Source: Podarcis bocagei (taxonomy: Eukaryota). From it: a DNA stretch of 64,000 bases. The first letter of the stretch is position 1. Each line of letters opens with the position of its first letter. This document shows, in pieces, positions 22,230 through 35,925 of the stretch. The notes beneath the pieces are model-generated. The model had not been told where the DNA came from. It was given only the letters and a program-made list of their open reading frames with translations, and searched no databases. The stretch lies in assembly GCA_964188305.1 (NCBI GenBank), contig OZ076899.1; one strand, written 5' to 3'. The translations under genes were made by a program, and so were the position numbers.

Positions 22230-23900
22230 TTCCCCGCCCCTCTTCTATCAATGTGCCCCGTTGTGAGTTTGATTCCTCCCGCTTTGAGGTGCCATCCCCA
22301 CCCCCGAGCATGCGCAGAATGTCTCCTCTTTCCTTAGGGAACAAGCAACCGATTTGCTACCAAGCAGGGCTGAAGCACTCCAATGCCTCTCATCACCGCA
22401 TAGTATAACTAGATCGCCCTGGAGCTGCCTTTATATCGGTGGGGCTCCCTCCTTCCCGAGGAAGCGGAGGCAGCTCACTCCGCGGTGGCGTCCGCCTGTT
22501 TGCTGCAGATCCTTCGCGATTGCACTGGGCGAGGAGTTAGCAATGCAGAGTTGCAAACTGCAACGGTACAGAACACCACCCCCGCTTCCCAAATGGGTCC
22601 CTTTGCCCCAGTGTCCTGTTTCCAACCGCAGCTAGCCCGGAGCCGCAACAAGGAGGCGGAAAGCGGGCAATACGAAGGCAAGACCTTCCTCGTCGGCAAC
22701 AGCGGGGTATCCTGCCTCTGGACATGGAGGTTCTCCGCGGAGTCGCGCGTCTTCAGGAAAGGGGCCGTGCATTGCCTCTCGGGCTCTTCTCCGGTGGGAG
22801 CCCTTTCCCCGCTGCGGTGCTCCCGTAGTGGCTCCAGCCGCCGCTTCTTCCAGCAAGTGCCCACTGGGCGGGGCGACCTGGCGGAGGCTCCTGCCAAGCT
22901 GGTTGGGCTGGGAGGTGCAGCCGGAGACACACCCCGCTGGGCTGGCCCGACCGCCGCGCCAGGAAGGAGAACGGGCGGCCGCTCCCTACCGCCTTCCCCT
23001 CCGCCTCCACCTCCTCGCCGCCGCCCAACGGACGGAGCGGACACTCCCCTCCCGCGTTCCGAGCAGCCGCCGCAGCCTGAGAAACAGCAGCAGCCTTCTC
23101 GTCCCGGCCGGACGACCGACGGGCTCCGACTAGACGGAACCGCCGCCGCTCCCTCTGCCTTGGCTCGTCCTCATGGCCACCCCGGAGGAGATCGACGGGG
23201 CGGGCGTGGCCCGGCCCCACTACGGCTGTGAGTCTCGGGCCGAGGGAGGGAAGGGCGCGTTGCTTGCGGCTTGAGAGATGCCTCGGGCCGTCGGTTTGCT
23301 GCCAGCGTCTCCTCCTCCGCCGGGGCCGCTTTGTTGGAGCCCAGGCACAGCCCTTACTGGGCCCGGAGGAATCGTTCCGACTGGCGGGGAAGGAGGACGC
23401 TGGCTCGCTTGGCCCGGGGCTGTGGGTTTATTTGGCCGAGCAGGAAGCCGGGCCCGCTGTGAAAGTCTCGGCGCCCCCTGCCTCCCCATCGCCCCCTCAA
23501 CATGGCGGGCGGGCGGGAAGCAGCGCTCCCCGGATTGCTCGTGTGAACGGCCTGCCTCGCCGAGCGGCGCGCGTTTCTCTCGGGCTCGTTTGCACGCGCT
23601 GTCGCTTTTCGCGGGGTTACGGGCTGGGTCCCCTGTTGGGCATCTTTGAGCGAAGCAGCCGCTTTCTCTCGCGCTCTTTCTTTTCCCGGGAGGGCCGGGG
23701 GGGGGGGAGAGGAAGAGGGGGAGGCCCGATTTTAGGGGCCATGGGGCGGGGTAAGGACCGCTCCCCTCCCCGAGCAGGAAGGGCGGCGACGTGCAGCTCC
23801 TGGGGCGGGTCCTCGGCACAAACTGCCCGTTCTCCCAGCTCCATGGATGCCTCGCTTCACCAAGCGCAGGAGGCTTGGCTCCCACCGAGCAGGGTGGCAG
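22230..23900 (+). promoter_or_regulatory. CpG island / promoter of IQGAP1
   Basis: GC- and CpG-rich block spanning exon 1. Sp1-like CCCCGCCCC near 22232 and NRF1-like GCATGCGCA near 22308. Confidence 0.75.
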
Positions 23901-26900
23901 CCTTTGGGCAAATAAAACCTCCATGATTGAGGGCAGTCTACCTTTCCACGTGGGCGTCAGCGGATAACTCGCTGGTCCTGTGAGGAGGAGTTTCAGGGCT
24001 GGACTAGATGCAAAAGGTGTCATACCAGCGAGGCAGTGCTTAGCCGCCCTCACATTTTGTAGGAGACACCTTGGCATCCCAGGGAAGTACTGAGAGCTAG
24101 AAAACATTTGGAAGAGTCCCAATATTTCAGTGTTGCTGGGCTCAGGCAACTGTGTGTTCCCTATTTCTTGTGAACTCTGTGGATGACACTCCTTTGTGCA
24201 AGTGGATGAAGCTCAAGGTTTCTGCCTGCAGCTGAGTGCTGGCTTTAGGCTGGAAATGGGTCTGTGTAGGGGGGCGGCAAGTTAAAGAGCTGAACCTTTG
24301 CTATAACCTGTTGGATTTCTGCCTGCTAATCCAAGCTACCCTTTCCATGTAGAAAGTGGGGGAAATGAGCTGTCCATTTTACATTGTTTGCCAGCATTCC
24401 TGCAAAGACCTGAAGGTTCTCCCTACCCCATTTCATCCTCCCAACAACCCTGTGAGGTAGGTTAGGCTGAGAGACAGGGCTGACCAGGGATCAGCCAATG
24501 AACTTTTGGGCTGATGGGCATTTGAACCTGGATCTCCCCACCCCAATCCAGCAGTCGGTAACTATTACTGTACATCAGTCTGGCTCTCTGTATTGGTGGC
24601 AGAAGGGGGATTTTTAAAAATGTCGAAGCCGTACTTTAAAACCCACATTCTTTCATAAGTCATTGTTGCTACTTTTTGTGGGTGGGCTGCATGAATAATG
24701 CTGCTGCCAAGTTCCTGCTGTGTCAAACTGCCAGGAAATGGCAGCATCGAAAACAGCCACAGGATCTGTCTACAGGCAATAAGGATGGTGGCTCTGTCCT
24801 TTCCTATCTCTCCAGGCATAGTTTCAAAGCTGGCAGCAGGAAGGGATTCCTCTTTGGCGGTTCTGGAACTGCCGTCTATAGAATCAGGCCTGGCTGGCGA
24901 GGTGCAAAAGAGGCTATTACTATTATTTATTAAATTTGTATACCACCCTTCATCCTTAGGCCTTGGAACGATTCACAGACAGTGGGGTTTGTCTGTTGCA
25001 GGGAATGTTTATGAGCATCACCAGTTTTTCTTCTGTGAAATGGGTACTTCGTGGTGGCCCTGACAGATTTTAAAAAATATATCCCTGGGCCCAGAAATGC
25101 TGGGGACCCCTGCTTTAGGGAGAGTACAGCCCTTCCAGAGCACGTGGAGCACCACCATCCTATCAGATGGTTCTTCTACCTTGTCAGGTTGACTTTTCAG
25201 TTTACTGGGCCTCATCCAGTCCATTATTGTTTCCAAACCCTTGCCCGACAGATATGGTTTTCACCAGTGGATGAGCTCATTCAGTAGCTTCACATATAAA
25301 GGTTGAAAAACATGGGGGCAGAATGGCAAATATCATGGGACAGAAGTACAGTCATACCTTGGGTTATAGCCGCTTCAGGTTGCGTGTTTTTGGGTTGCGG
25401 ACCGCTGAAACCCGGAAGTACCGGAATGGGTTACTTCCGGGTTTTGGCGGTTGCACATGCGCAGAAGCACTAAATTGTGCATTCGCAGAAGCGCTGAATA
25501 GTAACCCGCGCGTGTGCAGATGTGTGTTGCGAACACTGCGGGTTGCGAACGTGCATCCCGCACAGATCACGTTCGCAACCCGAGCATCCACTGTATCCAC
25601 AAACCTCTACCTGGAACTGGCCCAGCAGGTAGGAGTGGATGACCCTGTTAGAGGCAGTGAGGCATATGTGGGTGTATATATACTATTCATTTAAACACAC
25701 CCCAGAAATAATCCCGGGAACTGTAGTTTGCTATTCACTGAGCTACAGTTCCCAGCACTCTTACCAAACTGCAGTTCTTTGTGGGATGGTATAGGAACGT
25801 GCTGTCAATTACAGCGTGCAGCTGTAATCTGAGCCAGGACTTTTCAGCTCCAGGGTTGGAACTGGAGCATCTTGTGTGCAAGTCTTGCTCATCCTGGCTG
25901 CTCAAGGGGTGTCAGGATTGTCTCATTCGGATGACTGAAGCAATGAGTGTGTCTTGAACTGAGGATCTTCTCCCAAACAACTATGTTAAAGGAAGCTATT
26001 TTAGGATCCTCTGATTTAAATAGTTGCCTCGGAATATAATGTGCACTTGTAAAATATAATAGAATTGTGGAGCTGGGAGGGACCCCAGTGGTCATCTAGT
26101 CCAACCCCCATGCAGTGCAGGAATCTTAGCTAGAGCATCCATGACAGATGGCCATCCAACATCTTCTTAAAACCTCCAAGGAAGGGGAGTCCACAACTTC
26201 CCGAGGGACACCTTTCCACTGTCTTATCTTGGGTCCTGCAGGACTCGTTGAGAGGCGCAGGGCCTTTTTGGTTGTGGGGCTAGTGCTGTGGAGTACCCTC
26301 CCACTGGAGGTCCTCATTACCCCACCATTATTGCCTTATCTCTCCAACTAGATTTGATTGATACTTTTTTAAATGTGGAGCATGGGACTGTTACCAAAGT
26401 CACTGAACTAAAGCTGACTTTCCTACACAAAGGGAATCAGTGGGGATCTTACACCTGAGGCAAAGTGTTATAAATGTTACGATCTGTCAGATATATTTCT
26501 GTGGCAAATTATGAATATTTACCACTGTCAGCCAAACAGCCTGGTATTTTTAGATGCAGGGAGGGAAGGTGCCCTTCGCTCTATTCTCCCAGAGGAGTCA
26601 GCAGAGCATTCTCATGCCTCACTTTGGCCGGACCATTCCTTTTCTGACTCATGGAGAAACGCGTTTCTGCTCACAAACTATCCTCCCATGCTTCTGGAAG
26701 GTTCTGGGCACTGACTGGTCAAGATCTCAAAGTTTTATACAGAAAGTGCCACTGAGAAGCCCCGCCCATTTCCCAAAAGCTCACTTTGCCTCAAATCAAG
26801 TAGTTCTGTAGTGCAGAATCTCAGGTGTTGGTCTTTAAGGTGTCGCAAGACTCCTTGTCTGATGCAAAAGGCATGTGGGCTCCAGGGGCCGAAGTCTGCT

Positions 26901-29900
26901 TTTTGCTTACAGGATTTGGAGTGGCTCTGTTTCATGGCAAACCAGGATGCTGTAATTATTATAACATTCAGTTAGTAAGCTGGCTTGTTCAGCAAAGAGA
27001 GGAGGATGGTGATGATGATGATAATAATAATAATTATTATTTTATTTGTACCCTGCCCATGTGACTGGTTGCCCCAGCCACTCTTGCTGCCTCTGCAAGA
27101 GTCACTGATTTGTGTCTTGTCTCCCCCCAAGGCATGGGGTTAGTTTGTCTATTTCTTGTGAATGGTTGTGAGCATAGTCAGGAAGTCTCAGAAGAACTTT
27201 CAGTTTCAGGCAGTGCAGTGGCTTTATGTTGTCATCAGCTTGTTTTTTATTTGTGGAGGGGGGGGAAGGGAGCACACTGAATGTAAACTGCTCACCCTGT
27301 TGTCACAGCAGGTGTGTGCACCTGGCAAGTCTGTCCTTGGACTGGCTCTCTGGATTAGCTTCCTCCTCTGCTGGAGCCTTGGGCCTCTGCTCTGCGTGGT
27401 GGAGCCTTATTTTAGTACTTTCTAGGGTGGGCAGGATGCTCCCTGCACTGTGCTTTTGGTTGGCGAGCGTCTTCCCAGCGGAGTCTGGGGTTAAAATCCT
27501 GCTCCTGGTTTTTGCAAACAAGGCAGCCCTGGCAATCTTCTTGCCTAAGGGGTGAGAGGGTGGGTAAAAATGCTTTAAATTAAATACATAGTAAAGTGGT
27601 ATAGGGGGGGTTGACTCCCCATTTGTTGCTTGTATTGAGGTGGGACTTGGAGGGAACAGGTGAGCTATTCAAAAAAAACCAAAAACAAACCCTTGGCACT
27701 AGCTGTCCTGTTTGGGGGGAGTGGGTGGGGTGCCGGACCTTGGGCACTTCTGGGCATCCAGTGAGGCTTTGCTCCTTCAGCTCCCAACACCTCCCACTTG
27801 AGGACGACCCCCTGTTGAGCTGCACTTTGCCTCGGGGCCTTCTGGCTTCCCTGGACTGACCCTGTCCTGCCTTTTTGCAGCTGTCCTGGATAATGAGAGG
27901 ATGACTGCAGAAGAGATGGATGAGCGGAGACGGCAGAACGTGGCCTACGAATATCTTTGCCACCTGGAGGAAGCCAAGAGGTAAGGGGGCCCTTTCAGAG
28001 GGGTGGTGAGCCCCATGCTGCTAACATGCCCAAAGGGTATCATTGGCTTAAACCACCAGTGGTGCTCATTGCAGCTTCCAGCTGGGGTGGGGAGAGGAAC
28101 AGAGCATCTCTGAGCTGTTCGACTTGCTGCTTTGTTGCCAGGCCTAACCTTTTGCAGAAACAGCTGCCCCGTTTTCTGGCACCTAGAGACAGGCCAATTA
28201 AGCTGCTCCGTTGCTTTCTCTTTGGCTGTGCCACTCCCACCTTCAGTACCCAGTGGATTATTTTTGACCTCTTTTTACTCCTTTTGCTTTCAAAGAAACC
28301 ATATTTTCGTATCATCTGAAGCTGCTCTGGAAACAAATAGTATTTTAAGCATAAATCAGCATGTGGTCGCCAAATTAATGAGTGCGATTACGGGGCAGAA
28401 TAATACTGCTGGATACGAAAGCAAAAGGGTAGTGGTTAATAGCCTGGAAGATAAATCAGGTTTGTGGGATATGTCAGAAGGTGAGGGAAGCTTGGGGTTT
28501 AATAGGGAAGCTGCTTCCTGCAATGGGGGGGGGGATGTATCAAGTGTGTTTTGGGGTTGGTTATGGGTTGTGTTTGATCTCTGAACTGGCCATGGAACTA
28601 CAGGAGTGGAGAGGATTTAAGAGCAGGTTCAACACTGCTTTTGCGGTTACTTGAGGTGGATTGATGATGTCTTACGGTCCAGAGGCAGTTCAGGTTCTCC
28701 TGCTCTAGGAAGAGAGGAAGCTGCCTCATACCATTGGCCCATCTAGCCCAGTGTTGTTTACAAGGCAAGCCCAGGATTTCAGGAAGTGGTCTGTTCTGCC
28801 TGGAAGTGCTGTGGATCAAACCCAGAGACCTTCCCAAGGTAGAGTGGAGCCACCAAGAAGCCTTGCCCTGGAGCATCTTTCTCTGAGCATCTTGCCCCCT
28901 GCCCCCTTGGGGCTTCGTGGGAGCCTTTTCTGTGACAAGGCAAGCCCTGGAACAGGAACCAGAGCAAGGGGTTATCTCCACTTGCCAGACTGGTGTCCGG
29001 TCTCCCCTCCAAGCAGCACCTGAGATTTGGGCTGATGGGGAATCCCTGGCCCACAGCTCCCATGAGTTCACCCCCCACCAGCAACATTTGCTGCCCAAAT
29101 TTGTGCGATGTGGTTGATCCTAACCACCTCCTTCCTCTGTCTCTCTCTCTCTCTCTTCCTAATATGACACAGGAACTGTTGGGCCAAGAATGAGATGAGG
29201 AAGTGACTCACGTTTTCCTCCCTCCTTTCTTTCTTCCGGGCCCAAAGTGCAGAGCCTGCAGCAGCCTTGCAAGAGGCTTTGCGCTTCTGCAATTTGCGAA
29301 GCCTTTCCAGTTAGAAATTTTGGTTTGGTTAGTTGGCAATAGAGTGCCCTCTAGGCCCTTCTCAGCTAGTTTCCATCTCTTAAAGCTGTTGACAAAGGGC
29401 TCTCCTCTGAAGGGTGGAGAAGTTGTGGGGAAATAGCTGGCCGGGCTCAAGTGTTTCGTGAACTTCGCCTTGGATTGAGTAAATCTGTGGAGCCTGAAGC
29501 TATGATGGTTCCTTTGCCCAGTGTTGTTGAAGTGGATGCAGTTTGTAATCCACAGGGTAGGCAGCTTGTTGGATTGTCTGATTCGGGCAGCCAGGTGAGA
29601 GACCCTTTGATGCCGCCTGTCAACCAGTAGTGGGACCAAATACTTTCGAAACGGGCCATAACAAATGGATCAGCACTGCCCACAGAGTCATGTTGGTTTC
29701 CATTTATTTCATTGGCCAATGAGAGAGCGTCTCTCTTTTTCTGTGGGTCATTAATCATTCTGATCTGACGTGAGCGATGGATGTGAGAGACTCTCTGATT
29801 GGATTCTTAGTGTCTGTCTGGATTTCCTGCTGCAGTCATAAATGTGCTTGGACATTCCTCTTTTCCCTTGTGTTCGATCTGGCTTGCTCTCGTGGTGTTT

Positions 29901-32900
29901 TCTGAAAAATCTGTAAAAGTAGTTTGCAAAAATAAAACTAAACCTTGGTTTTACCAAGGATCCTCTTGTGGTTGTTCTGCTGCTTTGCCATGTGCAGCAA
30001 AAGGTCGGTATTTTTGGCTGGTAAGAGCATCTGCCCTGTGAAGCGTCAGTGGGCTCTGCTTTGTGGACACTGTAGTTGCGGAGCAGCAAAGGCAAAACTT
30101 TCACTCCTGCCCTCATGCTGATCCGCAGTTGATCCATCTGGGGACGACAGCCTTATTTTGTGGATGACCTTCTGTTCCTTTGGGGAATAGACTTGGCATG
30201 TACAGAACTGCTGGCAAATAAACAGCCAATTCCAGTTTGCTGCTGTTGCAGTTTGAGGCTTAAGTTCCTAGAATCCTCACAGTCTGAAGAGACCTGGGCG
30301 GCTGGCACTGATGCAGGATGTCCTCGACTTCATCATCCTTGGTCAGAGGTCGCTGTCCGGGAAGGTGTCCTCTAAGGAAATGAATCTGCCACCTTCCAGC
30401 TGCTCCTGGACAGTCCATGCCTCCAGGAAGAACTATTGCATAATATATGCATATTATTTGTATGCTGCGTTTTCATAGTTATAACTATGTACAAGGTGAC
30501 TTACATGAATAAAACCCACATAATTACAAACGTAATAAAAGTAGTCATAAACAATAAGACCATCAAAAGTACACAACCCATTTAAATAATTTTCATGTAA
30601 GTCCTAATAAGATCTAAAATAGACAGTTTTTTCTTCTTTTCTCTATTTTTACTTTTTCTCTTTTTCCTTTTCTCCTTTTTTATCTTTGTTCTTTTTCTTT
30701 TTTCTAATTTTCTTTTTCATTTTTTAGTACATGTTTTTTCCCCTCCTTGTTATTTGTACAATTGTTTTCTTTTTGTACGTATGTAATAAACCACTGAGCC
30801 TAGGGCTTGCCGATCAGAAGGTCGGTGGTTCGAATCCCTGCGACGGGGTGAGCTCCCGTTGCTCGGTCCCAGCTCCTGCCAACCTAGCAGTTCGAAAGCA
30901 CGTCAAAGTGCAAGTAAATAAATAAATAGGTACCGCTCTGGAGGGAAGGTGAACGTCGTTTCTGTGCGCTGCTCTGGTTTCGCCAGAAGCGGCTTGGTCA
31001 TGCAGGCCACATGACCCGGAAAACCTGTCTGTGGGCAAACGCCGGCTCCCTTGGCCAGTAAAGCGAGATGAGCGCCACAACCCCAGAGTTGTTCGCGACT
31101 GGACTTAACTGTCAGGGGTCCATAACCTTTTAATATGTATATTGCAAATAAAATTCTTTAACCCCCCCAATAACCCCCACCAAACAGTACCCACAACCCA
31201 ATGGTTAGCCGTAGTTCCTTCTCCTTGTAATTTGAGCCCATGTTGGCCCTGTTCTGGTGCAACCTATGTCATAAGGGATGAAGGCCAGCTCAGCTGATTC
31301 AGCCCTTTACTTTTCAGCTTTTGGGACATGCAAGGTTTCCACTGCTGTGCCATTCAGAAGTTCTAAGCTTGTTCCCATTTTTAAATCCTTTCTCTACAGC
31401 CTGATAGATAAAAGCAACTCCTGTGTGGAGGCACCAGGCCCTTCCATCGCCTGAAATGCTGCTCTCTGCTTCCATGGCCAGGGTTGGGAGGGAGGTGAGC
31501 TGGGTTGTGTGTGCCATATTCATTCATATACTTCATTAATATCTCAGATGTACCAGCAGGAGCCTACAAAGCAATTTTTTTAAGCTTCTGTAATTTTTTC
31601 TTTGAATTGCTGTGGACAGGTGCTTATCAGTGTGCCGTACTTCTGCCCAGAGGTGCTGCACTTCTGCCCAGAGTTCCTCATTTTCTGGCTTGGCAGCCTC
31701 TCTTCCTTTCTCTAGCATACTTGGCACGATAGACACCGCCAGCCTGCTGCAGATTCCTTTTGTCCCCCTTTCCAATCTCACAGGGCTTCTCAGTGGTCCT
31801 TTTCCGAGACAGCAAAGTGGAGACCAGTAAATGGTAAAGTACTACTGCCAGGTTTGGTACTGTGATAACTGTCCCCTTAGCCCTAGTCTTTCTTCTTCTT
31901 TTTTAAAGCCCACTTTTGCTTGGGCGTGGAACAGCAGGTGCTTCCCCCCATGGGCCACTCCTGCCCTTCTCCTACATAGAGAGGTTGCTGCTTGCCTGAA
32001 CAGGATGAAGTTGAGATGGAAGGAAGCACAGACCAATTTCTTGGCTTCTTGGCCTTTTTACGGGGGGGGGGGGACTTCCATCTTCCTTGCCCACCTGGGT
32101 TTGCAGCTTTACTCTCCTAGTTTATAAACTGTCTGTAAAACTCTCAGTGCATTGATGTCACAGGCTCTCTGGGAAGTGGGGACAGGGATGGCTGCCCCCC
32201 CACCTCAATGCCTCTTCCCTGAACTTGCCTTGAATTCATAGAATTATAGAGTTGGAAGGGAGCTTGAGGATCATCTAGTCCGACCCACTGCAATGCAGGG
32301 ATATGCAGCTGCCCCATATGGGGATCAAACCTGTGACCTTGGTGTTATCAGCACCATGCTCTAACCAACAGCTATCTAGATTCAAGCCCCTCCTCTCTGT
32401 GTAAAGGTAAAGGGTAAAGGGACCCCTGACCATTAGGCCCAGTCGTGGCCAACTCTGGGGTTGCGGCGCTCATCTCGCTTTATTGGCCGAGGGAGCCAGC
32501 GTACAGCTTTTGGGTCATGTGGCCAGCATGACTAAGCTGCTTCTGGCGAAACCAGAGCAGCTCACGGAAACGCCGTTTACCTTCCCGCCGGAGTGGTACC
32601 TATTTATCTACTTGCACTTTGACATGCTTTCGAACTGCTAGGTTGGCAGAAGCAGGGACCGAGCAACGGGAGCTCACCCCGCCGTGGGGATTCAAACCGC
32701 CGACCTTTTGTTCGGCAAGTCCTAGGCTCTGTGGTTTAACCCGCGTCCCTCCTCTCTGTGTAGCTGGGAGTCAAATGGCTGGGGCGTCTCCTGGGGGCCG
32801 ATACTTCTGCCTTGGCTAGCATTTGCCTCCTTGTGCCTTCCTGGTTCCTCTGCCTCTGACTGCCTGTATCTTGCTGCTGCTCTTTGCAACACCCACCATC

Positions 32901-35886
32901 AAGACTGGATAAATCCCAGCAACTATCTAAATTAGGCAGCTGGTCCCCACCCCCCCACCCCCGAATCTAAAACCTGATGCTGGTCCTTAGCCATTTTTCC
33001 AGCTCTGAGCCCCAGCCCTGCATGTCTGGGGGATCCTGGGAGGCTTTGCAGTCTTATGCCCTCCAAGTTACTTGCTAGGGACTTGTACATGCTTGACAGT
33101 CGGGAGTTTTCAGCAGGTGCCTGGGCTTGTTATCGGTGGGGGAGGATCCTGCGTTTTGGCAGCTGACAACAATGGGGCTCCACACACCTGGCAAGGATCC
33201 TCCCAGATGTGCCGTTGGAGATTCTGAAGCAGCAGCAGCAGCAGCGTGCCCAGGCTGATCCTTTTCTTCAGCTGCCGAAGGAGGGCTGTTGTCTTCTCTC
33301 TCTCCTCGCACTTTGACTTGCTGTGTGAAGGCTGGCCGTGCGCACCAGTGTGGGCGAGCCAAGTGTGTCAGGAGGATTCAGGCCACATTGACGCAGAAAA
33401 GGGATCTCCCAATTCCCCACTCCCAGCTGCTTGAGCGCTGGCCTGGTGTTGCAACCACTGACCCTCAGACAGCCTTTGGAACAAAGCACTCGCTGCTTGC
33501 CTGAACAGGCCCTGTGGTGTGGGAACTAGACCTTGAGGCCTTCAGGGCAGAGATCCTGGCTTTCTTTCAAGCACAGCCCATGAAGGCCCCTTTGTGAGTA
33601 CCGAGTGAGGACAAAACACCTCTTGGAAGAGGAAGTAACGTTTCCCCCCCCCCCCCCGACATGCGTCTTGCACAAGAGAGCCACTCGCAGCAGGGTTTGC
33701 ACCATGTCTTCTAGGTAGGAGACTGTCACCTTCCTCCCAGCACTGGGTTCAGTTTCAGGCTCTGCTTTGGTTCTGGGCTTCTTCAGGGCCTGATGAGCAG
33801 TGGCTCATTTGGCCTTTGGAGTCCTTGCCCCTCTCTCTTCTCCCCTACCCCAGCTCTGGTCCACCCAGAGTTCTCGGTAACCGCAAAGCCTGTTGGTGTT
33901 CCACCTCCTCTGAAAAAAATATTTATGTCGGGGTAAGAACCTGTTGTGGCCCTTGGAGTGCCCTTGGTCACCAAAGTCCCTGGCCATGATGGCTCTGCGT
34001 AATGGCATAATGCCTTAGGCCAGTCCCCCCACCTTTCTTGTTGAAAACAAATACAGTGGTACCTTGGGTTACATACGCTTCAGGTTACAGAATCCGCTAA
34101 CCCAGAAATAGTGCTTCAGATTAAGAACTTTGCTTCAGGATGAGAACAGAAATCGTGCTCTGGTGGTGCGGTGGCAGCAGGAGGCCCCATTAGCTAAAGT
34201 GGTGCTTCAGGTTAAGAACAGTTTCAGGTTAAGTACGGACCTCCGGAACTAATTGAATACTTAACCTGAGATACCACTGTATTGACAGGGTTGGCTGCAG
34301 TCAGAGGTGGGCTCTTTGGTTGCCTGCCCAGTCAAGCTCAGCTTCCTGGCGGGACAGCGGGACAGCTCTCCAGCTGAGGCACAAAATACTGATAAAATAC
34401 TGCATAAACATGACTTAAAAGAACCCAGCTGTAACAAAAATTTAGTTGTGGTTTAAAACGAAACGTTTCCAGCCTATAGTTCTCACCAAGATGGCACTCT
34501 GCTGCTTTCTGCTCTATGACCCTGCTCCTCTGCTTGACTGTTTTCCCCTTGTGACACTGGAGGTTCTTTGCAGTGTCAGGTTGGAGAAGGGAGGTGGACT
34601 CATTGTGGCCCATTGTGAATTGGAAGATGACCTTGAAGAGGGCTTGGGCAAGGAGAAGATGTTGCTGCCTGCTGCTACCGCTCTGCACAGATCACTGCAG
34701 CTGCCAAGCGGCCATAATGGCCCTGGGGCCCAAGAACCAGGTGGTGGGTTCTGCTGCTGTGCTGAGGGAGAGACCCTGCCATGCATTTTGAGAAGCTGGG
34801 TGCTGTGGTCTTCAGGGCAAGATATTTGGGATCGTGCTGGAGGGGAGGACTTTGCTCCCTTGAACGGCTGAGAGCTGCTTTGAATCTCACGTGTCTCTGG
34901 TTTTATGGCTGTGGTTTATTTTTTCCATTGCATGCTGCTTTGAATACATGTTGGGAAAATGGAATGATACGCAAAAAGCACTAGGAAGCCTCAGCTGAGG
35001 AAGCTTCCAGATGAGAGGCGCAGCTCAGGACTCGGGCCTATGGTTGCCTTCACTTCAGGGCTGGCCCAGTGGTGTGCTTGTGTCTGGAGTCCCAAGACAA
35101 AGGACCTCTTGGGGGAGATCTGGGCAGAGAAGTGTTGATCTTTTGGGGGCCTCAGGGCCCCTCTAGCTGTTGTCAGACTCCAGCTCCCATTGCCCTGGAT
35201 GGAGGGCTGGGAGGGCAACAGACCTGGCCAGTCACCCACAGGCAGATGGGCTGGTGGAGGTCAAGCGCCTGAGGAGTGAGAGGCCAGAGGAGGTCAAGGT
35301 CCAAGGCAGTAATGGAGGGCTGAAGGTGTCAAAGAGAGGCAGGGGTCATGATCCATGGCAGGCGCTGTAGAGAGAAGGAAGTAGAAGGGCAGCCCACCTG
35401 GCTGGCAGGGTTTTTTTAGGAGGTCAGTTGCCTCCCCAAAGGATGGGGCTGCAGCAACTGCTCTCTAAGGCTGAGGCTGCTTGACCCCTCCCTCAGGGCA
35501 GGGGGATGGAGGCTGCCTCCTCCTTGCAGCTGATGAAGGTGGCTGGAACATCTCCCAGAACTACCTGGCGCTCCTCCTTCCTGCACCTAGTTTTCCCGCA
35601 CGGGGAGGGCGCTTCAGGGGAGGCCAAACAAGTTGGACGGGTTTGCTTTGTTCTTCTTGCCCTTCAGAGGAAACTCCTTCCCACTCCCATTTTGTCCCTG
35701 CTGTGATGACAGAGTTTTCTGGATTTGTTGGTTTTGATTATATGATGGGCCTTGATTACCGTTGCAGATGCCTTGCCTTCAATCTGTAGATCAAGGGTTG
35801 TGCCCCGTGCTAGTCTTCCTCTGAGTATGCTCGTTGAAATTAATGGGCACAGCTAACATAGGGCTGTGAATTTCAGTGGTGCAACA

Positions 35887-35925
<39 letters not shown>

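Noticed and set aside
22475-24149. Long overlapping ORFs (up to 309 aa) on both strands around IQGAP1 exon 1
   Set aside because: These arise from stop-codon scarcity in a CpG island. The translations are low-complexity P/G/A/R with no recognisable domain.
29500-30030. Possible alternative IQGAP1 first exon in intron 2 (ATGs, donor-like GTAGGC and GTAAGA, CATTGGCCAATG palindrome, TGACGTG)
   Set aside because: I found no open frame ending in the phase needed to join exon 3, and the motifs are short enough to occur by chance.
32315-32376. Possible tRNA gene
   Set aside because: The D-arm and acceptor stem are degenerate and the sequence is fused to a CR1 tail, so it is a SINE head.
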